From the IMG/VR virus record IMGVR_UViG_3300025120_010521: a stretch of DNA of 64,000 bases; one strand, written 5' to 3'. Position 1 is the first letter of the stretch, and each line of letters opens with the position of its first letter. A program made the translations under genes and the position numbers. The notes under the pieces are model-generated. The model was given only the letters and a program-made list of their open reading frames with translations, made no database searches and was not told the origin of the DNA. Below are positions 1 through 8,560 of this stretch, piece after piece. Source of the stretch: a virus. Taxonomy: Duplodnaviria; Caudoviricetes.

Positions 1-486
1 AGTTAACAACATACCCAATGAATCAATTACAAACATAACTTTTGGTCTCTCACTTTGCTCTAAAGATCCATAGTCTGCTCTGTAATTTGATACAAACTCA
101 GAAATAGTTTTTGCAACATCATCAATCATTGCAACGTTAATACGCATTAATTTTTCTGGGGATGTATCTACTTCAAGTGCTTGTAACCAATTTTCATCTA
201 ATGCATTTTCTGAATCAAATACGATACAAAATATGCCTTGCTTTTGTGCATTTTTGATAATATTACCAGAAGCAATTAAACTCTTACCAGAACCTGATTC
301 ACCTGCTAACATTGTTACACGACCTAGTGGTATACCTCTATTAAAGTCGCCACTAATCAAATAGTTTAAACAGTAGTTTCCCGTTGATATCCATGTGTCT
401 GGATCAGAGTCAAAACCTGTAGAAATACCACCAATGCTTTTTGTTATTGACTTTCTAAATTTACTTACGTCAAATGGTCTTACCAT
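1..486 (-). CDS. uvsX: UvsX/RecA-like recombinase, runs off the left edge of the window
   Basis: Manual translation from ATG at 486: MVRPFDVSKFRKSITKSIGG...RGIPLGRVTMLAGESGSGKS (Walker A)...VFDSENA...FVIDSLG (Walker B region). Confidence 0.9.
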   Translation of the reverse strand, partial: MVRPFDVSKFRKSITKSIGGISTGFDSDPDTWISTGNYCLNYLISGDFNRGIPLGRVTMLAGESGSGKSLIASGNIIKNAQKQGIFCIVFDSENALDENWLQALEVDTSPEKLMRINVAMIDDVAKTISEFVSNYRADYGSLEQSERPKVMFVIDSLGMLLT

Positions 487-549
487 AACTTCTCCTTACT
501 ATATTTGTAATAGTGCATGATTTCTCATGCACCACTACTATACTATATT

Positions 550-1563
550 TTACTTGTTTTGTCTAGCTCTAATCATAGCCAAAATATCATCTGCTGATGC
601 TTTTGACTTATCATCTGTTGCTGTTGCTGTAGCAGTTGCCACTTCTGGCTGTGCCACAGGTGCTTCTACTTTTGCTTGTACAACAGGTGCTTCTACTTTT
701 GCTTCTGCCTGTGGAGCAGGAGTTGGTGTAGCTGTTACTGTTGTTGTAGCAGTTGTAGATGCATTTGATTTAGATGACGCCATTCCAGGTGGTCTATAAT
801 GTTGACCAAATCTGCTTTCATCATATAATTCACCATCAACTGATGCTTTAAACATTTCTGCAATTATTTTTACATCTTCTGCAGAAGGTTTCTTAGGAAG
901 ATAATCACCTAAGTTGTGTAATCCGTGAGTATCAACTGCTGATCTTTCACTATCACTTACTGATCTTTCTTTGAAAGACCAAGTTGAAGTTGAATAATCT
1001 GCATACCCACCTTTTTGAGTTTTGGTTAATTTAAAGTCTCTACCTTTATCAATATCAGTTGGCAGATCTTCCATATCTGGATTCATCAATGCTGATCTAA
1101 TAATGTTAAAAATTGACGGATTAATTACAAAACGTCTAATTGGATTCTCTGGTGTTGAATCTTCTTCAAGTGGAGAGTTAACAACAAAACCTTGGAAAAT
1201 GTAAGAACGTTTTTTCCAATATTTTCTACCCATGTCTTCTAGACTTGGATCCTTAAACCATGGACGAATTTCACTTAATACTGGACATGGTTCTCCCCAC
1301 ATCTCCATACAAGGAACTTGTACTGTCGTTGGTTTAGCTTCAGATGATCCTTTAATACCAGCAAATGGTAATCTGATCATTTGTCTTTCTACCCAAAAGA
1401 ATGTATTGTTTGGATCTTTATCTGATAAAAATCTTAGTGTTGCTGTTGTGCCTTCAGGAATATTCCAGAACGGATAAATTGCGTTGTCGCCTCCTGAACT
1501 ATTTGGTGAACGTTTTACTTCTTGTTCTTGAAGCTTTGCTCTTATTTCTGCTAAAGTTGCCAT
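550..1563 (-). CDS. 32: Single-stranded DNA-binding protein, T4 gp32-like
   Basis: LRFLSDKDPNNTFFW, VPCMEMWGEPCPV and YWKKRSYIFQGFV motifs of the gp32 family; AGGAGA SD; located next to uvsX. Confidence 0.88.
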   Translation of the reverse strand: MATLAEIRAKLQEQEVKRSPNSSGGDNAIYPFWNIPEGTTATLRFLSDKDPNNTFFWVERQMIRLPFAGIKGSSEAKPTTVQVPCMEMWGEPCPVLSEIRPWFKDPSLEDMGRKYWKKRSYIFQGFVVNSPLEEDSTPENPIRRFVINPSIFNIIRSALMNPDMEDLPTDIDKGRDFKLTKTQKGGYADYSTSTWSFKERSVSDSERSAVDTHGLHNLGDYLPKKPSAEDVKIIAEMFKASVDGELYDESRFGQHYRPPGMASSKSNASTTATTTVTATPTPAPQAEAKVEAPVVQAKVEAPVAQPEVATATATATDDKSKASADDILAMIRARQNK

Positions 1564-1577
1564 AATGTTTTCTCCTA

Positions 1578-1619
1578 TATTAGCCTATGTTAGCCTGTGT
1601 TAGTATATGTTAGCCTATA
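1578..1619 (-). repeat. Four 10-bp tandem repeats in the gp32 leader, abutting the SD
   Basis: Plus-strand units ttagcctatg, ttagcctgtg, ttagtatatg, ttagcctata at 1580-1619; on the mRNA strand they read AGGCTAACA-type. Confidence 0.9.
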
Positions 1620-1651
1620 ATTAAATAATGTTTTAGTTAACATTATCTACT

Positions 1652-1680
1652 AGTATATTTATGTTTTATGTATTTGTCAA
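1652..1680 (-). promoter_or_regulatory. Sigma70-type promoter for gp32/uvsX
   Basis: TTGACA-N17-TATACT on the minus strand, followed by an 8-bp hairpin (1625-1646) at the predicted transcript 5' end. Confidence 0.8.
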
Positions 1681-1754
1681 GTATTTTTTTGGAGAAATTT
1701 TAGAGAAAAAGAACCATAGTTCGAAAACCTTAGGTTCTTTATTGGGAGGGAACT

Positions 1755-4082
1755 TTAAAGACCTGCTAGATCTTTAATTCTTTGGATATCTGAATCTTGT
1801 TCAGACTGTTCATTAACTTCGTAACCTGCATTTGATAATGCGTCAACAACAGCACTTTTTGGACTCATTGTGTGAATATTTACACCACCCTGCATCATTT
1901 CATTTGCATCGCATTGTGCTTTGATACCACCTTTTGCAAGATCATATTCCATATCTTTACAATCTTTATCAGTAATACCTCTGTCCATATCGTAGTCGCC
2001 ATCAACTTTAATTGTGTGCATGTGTGGTTCTGATTGTCCACCATATCCACTTGCTTCTGTTTTTGATTTTTCCATTTCGTCAGCAATTGCTCTTAACCAT
2101 TCTGGCTCTGATGGATTTCTATCACCATCTGATACATCAGCATAACCAATTGAGTCTGCTTCTTTTCTCAACATAGCAACAATTTCCTCTGTTGATTTTC
2201 CAGCATACTCACTTGTTGGATCTTTAATATCATCTTGTACAGCATCTTTGTAATCTTCAAAGTCTTGTTGTCCGTCTATTGCCATACTATCAAATTCTTG
2301 TCTTGCAACTCTATCCATATCTTCTGGTGACATTGGATTTTCTTTCATACCTTTTTCTTTAGCTTCTGCATCTAATTCTGCTTTACGTCTCATAATTTCT
2401 TTTTTAAGTTCTTCGTCTTTGTGTGTGTTTGGATCCATTTGGATATCTTGTATAGCTTTTTTCTTTGCCATATAATCTTCTTTATCTTTAATATCACCTT
2501 CATCAACAAATGATTCAGTTTTTATTTTTTTATATTCTGACATACAACTAGACGCCATCAACTTCATTTTTTCTTGATTACAGCCTTTGTATTTTTCACA
2601 AATTTCTTTTTCAGTCATACCCTTTTCGCAACATTTCATTACTTCTGCTTTTAAAGGCATTTTTTCTACTGCTTCAGCAAATGATTCATCTTCACCATAT
2701 GGTGCAACCATTTCTTCTAATTCTTTTTCTGGATTAGGAACAACGTCTTCTGCTTTTGGCAATGCTTCTGGCTCTGGTTTTACTGTTTTCATTTTTACGC
2801 CTTGAATAATTGCTTTTGCTGTTTCTTTTTCCCAATTTTGTATTTGATATGTTTCAGGATCTTGTTTGATCTTCATTTGTATATTTGGATCAGTTGCATA
2901 ATGTGTAAACTTATCTGAAAGTCTTGCAAGGAATACACTCATCTCATCATCTTTAATTCTTGAAGCTAAATCTGAAAGTCTATATGCCACTTTTGCATCT
3001 TTGTTTGTAAATGCACCAACATTTTCTGGATCGTATTCTTGTTGCGTTGCATTTGCTTGATGCACATCTACAGGATCACCTGATTTAATCTTTGTCATAA
3101 TTCTTTGTGCCATAGCTTGTGATGAATTGTCTTGTTCTTGTTTTGCTTCATCTACTATTGACTGTAATAATGGAAGTACTTCACCAATTTTTTCATCAAA
3201 TTTTGTAACTGTAAATTTACCTTTTAATTCTTCTAATGCTTCAATAGTTGGTTCTGTTGTTTCTACTGCTTTGTAATTTTCAGTAAAGTCATTATAACCA
3301 CTTGCAGTTGTTAATTTATGAATTGTACTTTTAATATTTGTAATTTTATCATTTACTAATGGTAAAATGTCTGCCGCTTGTTCTTGCACTTGTGAAAAAC
3401 GTCTTGCAAATTTTGTAACTTCTTTTAATTTTGCTAATTGATCTGATAAGCCAACAATTACTTCACCTAATTCGTCATGTGGTTTACCACCTTCTGCTAC
3501 GTGACGTGCCATTGCTCTTGCACCATTTAAATGTACATGAGGATACTTAAATCTTTCACCTTCTGATGTTTCTACAAAAATACCTGAAATATTTCTTGAT
3601 CTTGCGCCTCTGCTATTTTCATCAATAGGCTTACTGTGTCTTACGATTACTTTCACACCTTCAAGTTTTTGTTCACTTGTTTTTGTTGATCCTTGTAATG
3701 GTGTATAACCTTCTGTTTGTATATCCGTCATTGTATCTTCCTTACTTTGATCAATTTTAAATGCATAATTTTTTGGCTTTAATTCTTTACCAAATATTCT
3801 ATGATCAAAATCTAACATATAGCTTTTTGCAATATGCTTAATGTTATTTATAATTCCTTTGACATTTTCTTGTGTTTTCTCAGAACCTTGATGTAGCTTA
3901 ATTTCACTGTTTTCAGCATCTAAATGAATCATATAATTAGGCATTTTTACATAAAAATAGCGAGATTCTTCAGGATTAACTGTTTCATTACCTGTAGATG
4001 AGTCATACATCATAACTTCATGCCCAGATCCTTTGATAATCTTGAATATTTTATTCGATACTGTGTTAAAATCTACTGCCAT
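1755..4082 (-). CDS. Large conserved hypothetical protein, probable head-internal/structural protein
   Basis: 775 aa ORF with late promoter TAAATA-N5-ATG; acidic C-terminal half built of short modules; ends IQRIKDLAGL, similar to the scaffold end ELKKLAGLGVN. Confidence 0.55.
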   Translation of the reverse strand: MAVDFNTVSNKIFKIIKGSGHEVMMYDSSTGNETVNPEESRYFYVKMPNYMIHLDAENSEIKLHQGSEKTQENVKGIINNIKHIAKSYMLDFDHRIFGKELKPKNYAFKIDQSKEDTMTDIQTEGYTPLQGSTKTSEQKLEGVKVIVRHSKPIDENSRGARSRNISGIFVETSEGERFKYPHVHLNGARAMARHVAEGGKPHDELGEVIVGLSDQLAKLKEVTKFARRFSQVQEQAADILPLVNDKITNIKSTIHKLTTASGYNDFTENYKAVETTEPTIEALEELKGKFTVTKFDEKIGEVLPLLQSIVDEAKQEQDNSSQAMAQRIMTKIKSGDPVDVHQANATQQEYDPENVGAFTNKDAKVAYRLSDLASRIKDDEMSVFLARLSDKFTHYATDPNIQMKIKQDPETYQIQNWEKETAKAIIQGVKMKTVKPEPEALPKAEDVVPNPEKELEEMVAPYGEDESFAEAVEKMPLKAEVMKCCEKGMTEKEICEKYKGCNQEKMKLMASSCMSEYKKIKTESFVDEGDIKDKEDYMAKKKAIQDIQMDPNTHKDEELKKEIMRRKAELDAEAKEKGMKENPMSPEDMDRVARQEFDSMAIDGQQDFEDYKDAVQDDIKDPTSEYAGKSTEEIVAMLRKEADSIGYADVSDGDRNPSEPEWLRAIADEMEKSKTEASGYGGQSEPHMHTIKVDGDYDMDRGITDKDCKDMEYDLAKGGIKAQCDANEMMQGGVNIHTMSPKSAVVDALSNAGYEVNEQSEQDSDIQRIKDLAGL

Positions 4083-4087
4083 ACTAT

Positions 4088-4093
4088 TATTTA
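4088..4093 (-). promoter_or_regulatory. Late (gp55-type) promoter, ATG at predicted +1
   Basis: GATAAATA-ATAGT-ATG on the minus strand. Confidence 0.65.
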
Positions 4094-4100
4094 TCCTATA

Positions 4101-4709
4101 CTACCAATATATTCTACCCATATGACTTACCCTATTAAAGCTCTCTTCCTGTTGAGGCACAGAATGATAGCTTCTATCTGTATTAATATAAGCAAAAAAC
4201 ACTCCCGGTAAGCATGGTAATTGTTTAATTTTTGGTCGCCAATTACTTTTATCTTCAGTTAAATCGTGCATCCATAATCCTGTATTTTTAAAATCAATAG
4301 TGTCTGGCAAATATAATTGATAAGTTATACACATAGTATAATTTTCATTGTTATCATCATTTACATTTTTTAAACAATGCATATCTGTGTGAGGTGGCAA
4401 ACTTGCACCTTTTGTATGCCAAGTATTTGTTTGATTTACCAAATATTTGCTAGGTAGATCATAACCTAGTTTATTAGATAATGTTTTACAAAAATCATCA
4501 CTAACAAAATGCTCAAAATTTTTGTTATCATTGGATATTCGTACACAACCTTTCATATCTGGATGATTATCATAATGCCAACTAAACTCATTTTGAATTT
4601 TTTTACTTAATTCTATTGCTTGAGTTGTTTCTAAATAGTTTTCAGCAACAATACATTGCCATGGCTCACTAATAACTGTGGATTTTTTTATTTTTTCTAA
4701 GTCAAACAT
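4101..4709 (-). CDS. 2OG-Fe(II) oxygenase superfamily protein
   Basis: LPPHTD (HxD), distal SYHSV, and C-terminal R (FNRVS). Confidence 0.7.
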   Translation of the reverse strand: MFDLEKIKKSTVISEPWQCIVAENYLETTQAIELSKKIQNEFSWHYDNHPDMKGCVRISNDNKNFEHFVSDDFCKTLSNKLGYDLPSKYLVNQTNTWHTKGASLPPHTDMHCLKNVNDDNNENYTMCITYQLYLPDTIDFKNTGLWMHDLTEDKSNWRPKIKQLPCLPGVFFAYINTDRSYHSVPQQEESFNRVSHMGRIYW

Positions 4710-4715
4710 TTTATT

Positions 4716-6311
4716 TTATATAATTATTGGCATTGGTTCTTGCCAATCGTCATCATCTTCAAGTTTAGCACCTAATGACTCTTCCATTGTAGCATCATAC
4801 TTGGTTAAGAAATCAGTCATACGTACTACTAGTAATAATGCTGATACTAGATCATCATGTTCTCCTGATTTAGCTTCAAAAGAGTTTCCTTTTGCAACAA
4901 ATACTTTAAGTTCTCTTATAAGTGGTCTAGAATATAATGTAATTTTGTCAGCTTCTATCCACTGTTTAAGTTTTGAACAAGCAGTAACCTTCGACTTGTT
5001 GGTTGTATTGTAACCTTTACGCACTACTCTACGTTGTTGACCACCTCTACGTGGTTCATGTAAGAAATATCCAGGAAATTTATCTTCGCCCATTTCGTCA
5101 ACAGTTACAATTGCGGCTTCACCAAGTGTATTATTTTCAATTGTCCAATATATTTCTGGATTTGGTGTACCACTTGCTCGTAACTGTTGATCTATTTCTT
5201 TGAGTATGCTGTGCATGACTCTAACTTGCCCCTGGATAGGCGTTTTATTGTGTTGCCATTCAGCAACTTGCTTAAAATCTGGTAGGCTAAACACTTGTAT
5301 AGCGGAATAGTCGCCGCCTGTACCCAAACACGGATCTAATGATACAAGATATGTATTGCCTTTTTGTACTTTTTGATACCAACGCACTTGACCGTGTTTT
5401 ACTAAAGGTTGTGTACCTTGTAGTGTAACTAATTTTATACCATCAATTAGTGTTTCATCAAACGCAATAAACTCACATTCATGCTCACGTCTAAATCTTT
5501 CTTCACCTATACGTTGTCTTTCTTCTTTAGCCCAATCATCATTTCTTTCAGGATGTTGACTCCAGTGTACGAACTTTGGTCTAAAACCATTTAGTCCTAC
5601 ATCTGCTGGATTGCCATATTCGTCTTGTAACTTGTTAGCACCTCTCCACAACTGTGCAAATAGATCATCATCATTGTTTGGTGTTGATGTAATAATACAT
5701 TTACCACCTGTTGACAATGTTGGAGATAGTGAAGTCCAAAATTCTCGTGCTTTGTTCTGTGGTTCTACGAATGCAAACTCATCCATGTATATCATTGATA
5801 TGGACATACCACGTCCTGTTGTTTCTGTGGTTGTTTGTGCTATAATTCTTGACCCATTATCAAAATCCATTGATCCTTTATTATAACTTGTTACCCCACA
5901 CCTAATATAATCTGGTGTTTCTTCATATGCAAACCTTACACGTTGCATAATGTCTTGTGCACCTTGATATTTGTGTGCCGCAATTAATATTAATGTGTCC
6001 GGATGAAACATTGCATACCATAATAAGTACCCTGCGGCACAGGTTGTCTTACCTGTTTGCCTTGCACACATGGCTATTGCAAATCTATATCCATTGTATG
6101 TTTCTAATAGCTCTTCTTGGAATGGATATGGATCAAATTTCATACGTCCTTTGGTAGGATGTTGAATCCACATGTGTGATTTCATAAAATGTAGGTAACC
6201 TGTTTCTAAATCTGCACACTTTTTTAAATCTTGTAATTGTTGTTCTGTGTATTTAGATCTTGAATATGCTTTTTTGACTAGGTTGCCTTCTAAAACTTTA
6301 CTACGTGCCAT
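4716..6311 (-). CDS. 17: Terminase large subunit, T4 gp17-like
   Basis: ARQTGKTT Walker A, TGRG motif, IYMDEFAF Walker B, ITSTPN coupling motif, nuclease motifs LDPCLGTGGDYS and HDDLV. Confidence 0.95.
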   Translation of the reverse strand: MARSKVLEGNLVKKAYSRSKYTEQQLQDLKKCADLETGYLHFMKSHMWIQHPTKGRMKFDPYPFQEELLETYNGYRFAIAMCARQTGKTTCAAGYLLWYAMFHPDTLILIAAHKYQGAQDIMQRVRFAYEETPDYIRCGVTSYNKGSMDFDNGSRIIAQTTTETTGRGMSISMIYMDEFAFVEPQNKAREFWTSLSPTLSTGGKCIITSTPNNDDDLFAQLWRGANKLQDEYGNPADVGLNGFRPKFVHWSQHPERNDDWAKEERQRIGEERFRREHECEFIAFDETLIDGIKLVTLQGTQPLVKHGQVRWYQKVQKGNTYLVSLDPCLGTGGDYSAIQVFSLPDFKQVAEWQHNKTPIQGQVRVMHSILKEIDQQLRASGTPNPEIYWTIENNTLGEAAIVTVDEMGEDKFPGYFLHEPRRGGQQRRVVRKGYNTTNKSKVTACSKLKQWIEADKITLYSRPLIRELKVFVAKGNSFEAKSGEHDDLVSALLLVVRMTDFLTKYDATMEESLGAKLEDDDDWQEPMPIII

Positions 6312-6316
6312 ACTTG

Positions 6317-6324
6317 TATTTATA
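6317..6324 (-). promoter_or_regulatory. Late promoter TATAAATA for terminase, ATG at predicted +1
   Basis: TATAAATA-CAAGT-ATG, an exact T4 late consensus. Confidence 0.75.
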
Positions 6325-6340
6325 CTAATTAAATGCGTAC

Positions 6341-6604
6341 TTAATGGATATTGAAGATATCGTCAACTGGATTAAATTCAACTTGTTTTAAATTTCCTGC
6401 ATATGACAAATATATATCTTTTATACGTGCTTCAACATTGTCATTCCAATGATTTAAAAATTTGTGTGCTTTTGGAAACTGTGGAGGTATATCTGAAAAT
6501 TGCCACATGAATAATTGTAGGATACTTTCGTAATCCGGCATCCAATAATACACTTTTATTGTTGTTATTCTTGCATCTTTGAGTATTTGATCTCTAATAC
6601 GCAT
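6341..6604 (-). CDS. Usg-like family protein
   Basis: TTIKVYYWMPDYESILQLFMWQFSDIPPQFPKAHKFLNHW resembles the Usg pattern TT.I.Y.MPD...LQ.F.WQ..D..P.FP...FL..W; preceded by TATAAATA-N5-ATG. Confidence 0.7.
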   Translation of the reverse strand: MRIRDQILKDARITTIKVYYWMPDYESILQLFMWQFSDIPPQFPKAHKFLNHWNDNVEARIKDIYLSYAGNLKQVEFNPVDDIFNIH

Positions 6605-6622
6605 ACAAATATTTATAAGGTA

Positions 6623-6994
6623 TTAGGATACGAGTAATATGATAATATAATAAGTTAGATAATGTAGGCCTTGGTCGATTGACGACAAGAACCAATAACC
6701 TTTTGACGGAGATTTTATACCAAGTCTTTTTTGTGTTGAACTTTTTAAGAAATCAATATGCCAATGTGCTAGATAATCACATATACCAAAAAGAATTGCC
6801 AACGGCCATGGTATAAAAAACAACAACACAAACATTGTACCAAGCCCATGTTGTGCATAATGCACCTGTGCTGATAAAGAAGTGTATATAGATTTTTTTT
6901 GATTATAGGTTAATAGACTTTGGATCCATAAATCAATAACACAATGTTTGATTAGTAGGAAAAAAAATAAACTACTTACAACAACCGCAGTCAC
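6623..6994 (-). CDS. DUF3307-like membrane protein
   Basis: Hydrophobic helices with KH..D..Q, H..QH, H.HID..K and DQ..H motifs. Confidence 0.7.
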   Translation of the reverse strand: MTAVVVSSLFFFLLIKHCVIDLWIQSLLTYNQKKSIYTSLSAQVHYAQHGLGTMFVLLFFIPWPLAILFGICDYLAHWHIDFLKSSTQKRLGIKSPSKGYWFLSSIDQGLHYLTYYIIILLVS

Positions 6995-7038
6995 AATGTT
7001 TACATTCTTCTGGACAATTGTGATTACACTTTTCGCAT

Positions 7039-7350
7039 TTACTGTTGTTCATTTTTAAAACTTTCATACTCTTCTGCTAAACGTGATTCTTTATCTTCCA
7101 AAGTTTCTTCAATTGGATTGTCACCTTGTCTAGCTGGAACAAATCTCAACTTACGTTGTGCTTTCTTTGATGGTGTAAGTGCATCTATGTCAATTTCTTG
7201 CTCATCTGGTTCATTAGTGCCAGCAACTTCTACTTCTTCTTGTGCAACTTCTTCATCTGCTTGATTCTGTACAACAAGAACAGTTGGTTGGATACCAGCG
7301 AGTGTAAGTAATCTTGACAACACATCATTTTCGTTAATTTTGTCTGACAT
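7039..7350 (-). CDS. Acidic hypothetical protein, probably head-associated
   Basis: 103 aa, Glu-rich, contains RLLTLAGI and RLAEEYESFK motifs. Confidence 0.5.
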   Translation of the reverse strand: MSDKINENDVLSRLLTLAGIQPTVLVVQNQADEEVAQEEVEVAGTNEPDEQEIDIDALTPSKKAQRKLRFVPARQGDNPIEETLEDKESRLAEEYESFKNEQQ

Positions 7351-7919
7351 TACTTTTTCCCTTTCGCAATATAGCTTGTAACTTTTGATTCTGCTAATCC
7401 GGTTACTACTTCGACATTGCCACCTTCTTTTTTCTGAGCCTTAGCAAGTCCTTTTAGAAAACCTTCTTTTGATTTTTCGTCATGTATGATATTATCTGTA
7501 TCTGATGAATCTTCTTTTTTATAATCTTCACCTGTGATTGGTACATAATCATTATCAGATTTTTCAGCATTTAATCTTTCTTGTTCTTGGTGTAAAGGAT
7601 CACCATCATGTTGAACAATCACTGACTCATATGGTAGTCCCATGTGATCTGATAAATGTCTTGATAATGTTTGATATGAAATTGGCATAGCTGTTGTAAC
7701 TTCAATAATAGTTACTTCTGTGTTAGTAACGTTTGCTGGAAAATCCAATGGATGTTCTTGCATAATAGTTTTTTTAGGACTACCTATTTTTACTACACTG
7801 TATGGTGCTAATGCTAATTCCATAGCATTTAAATGTGAATCTTCAAGTACACCTGCAATTTTTACTTTAAATGTGTACTCTTTTACTGCTTCAACTAGAT
7901 ATTCTTTAAATGTTTTCAT
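7350..7919 (-). CDS. Conserved hypothetical phage protein
   Basis: 189 aa, starts MKTFKEYLVE (propeptide-like); late promoter at 7939-7944. Confidence 0.55.
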   Translation of the reverse strand: MKTFKEYLVEAVKEYTFKVKIAGVLEDSHLNAMELALAPYSVVKIGSPKKTIMQEHPLDFPANVTNTEVTIIEVTTAMPISYQTLSRHLSDHMGLPYESVIVQHDGDPLHQEQERLNAEKSDNDYVPITGEDYKKEDSSDTDNIIHDEKSKEGFLKGLAKAQKKEGGNVEVVTGLAESKVTSYIAKGKK

Positions 7920-7937
7920 CGTAAGTTTCCTATATTT

Positions 7938-8528
7938 TTATTTATCTTTTTTATCGTTATCTACTCTATCTAAGATCTGCTTTAATAGTTCATTACGATC
8001 ACCAACAACGTACCCTTCGCCCTCAACAATATCAGCTGAATTATCGCTAGTTTTGTTCATTTGGTCAACTCTTTCTTTTTTTAGTTGTAGTTCAACCATG
8101 CGTAATTTCTTTTCTAATTTGGCATTTTTAGCCTCTACAGCATTTTTAAGCATAGTAGAAGCTACTTCAAACAGTTTTCCTGAATGTCTTACTTCAACAT
8201 TCATTCCTAAATTCATTAAATCTTGATATGATTTCATAGCTTCTGTGGCGTACATATCCATATCTTTATCTTCAGCATCAAGTCCTGTTACTTGTGGTAA
8301 TGCACGATCAATCTTTTCAGCAGTTGTTATTGCTTTCATAATTGGTGCTGGATCGGTGTTCTTGACGCTATCTTCTTCATCTTGCTTATTTGGTTCCTTT
8401 TGAATTTCTTCTTCGCTGTTCTGATGTTGCGTATTTTCTGCTTTGGTGATAGTCTCATGCTCATCTGAATTCTCCTTGGCTTGATCTATAATATCTTCCA
8501 TTGGTATTTTGTTTTCTTTTTCGTTCAT
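7938..8528 (-). CDS. Candidate terminase small subunit
   Basis: Helical/coiled-coil core (FEVASTMLKNAVEAKNAKLEKKL) and C-terminal VVGDRNELLKQIL, reminiscent of the gp16 tail; close to terL. Inference only. Confidence 0.45.
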   Translation of the reverse strand: MNEKENKIPMEDIIDQAKENSDEHETITKAENTQHQNSEEEIQKEPNKQDEEDSVKNTDPAPIMKAITTAEKIDRALPQVTGLDAEDKDMDMYATEAMKSYQDLMNLGMNVEVRHSGKLFEVASTMLKNAVEAKNAKLEKKLRMVELQLKKERVDQMNKTSDNSADIVEGEGYVVGDRNELLKQILDRVDNDKKDK

Positions 8529-8560
8529 AATCAGTACCTATTAACTACGTATATAATTAT

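Noticed and set aside
527-799. Plus-strand Ala/Val/Thr-rich 90 aa ORF
   Set aside because: Antisense shadow of the low-complexity gp32 linker.
1578-1619. CRISPR mini-array
   Set aside because: Units are 10 bp and directly adjacent, with no spacers and no cas genes.
4716-6311. Intein or intron in terminase, or in gp46 and portal
   Set aside because: Lengths are ordinary, motifs are contiguous, and no intein splice motifs were seen.
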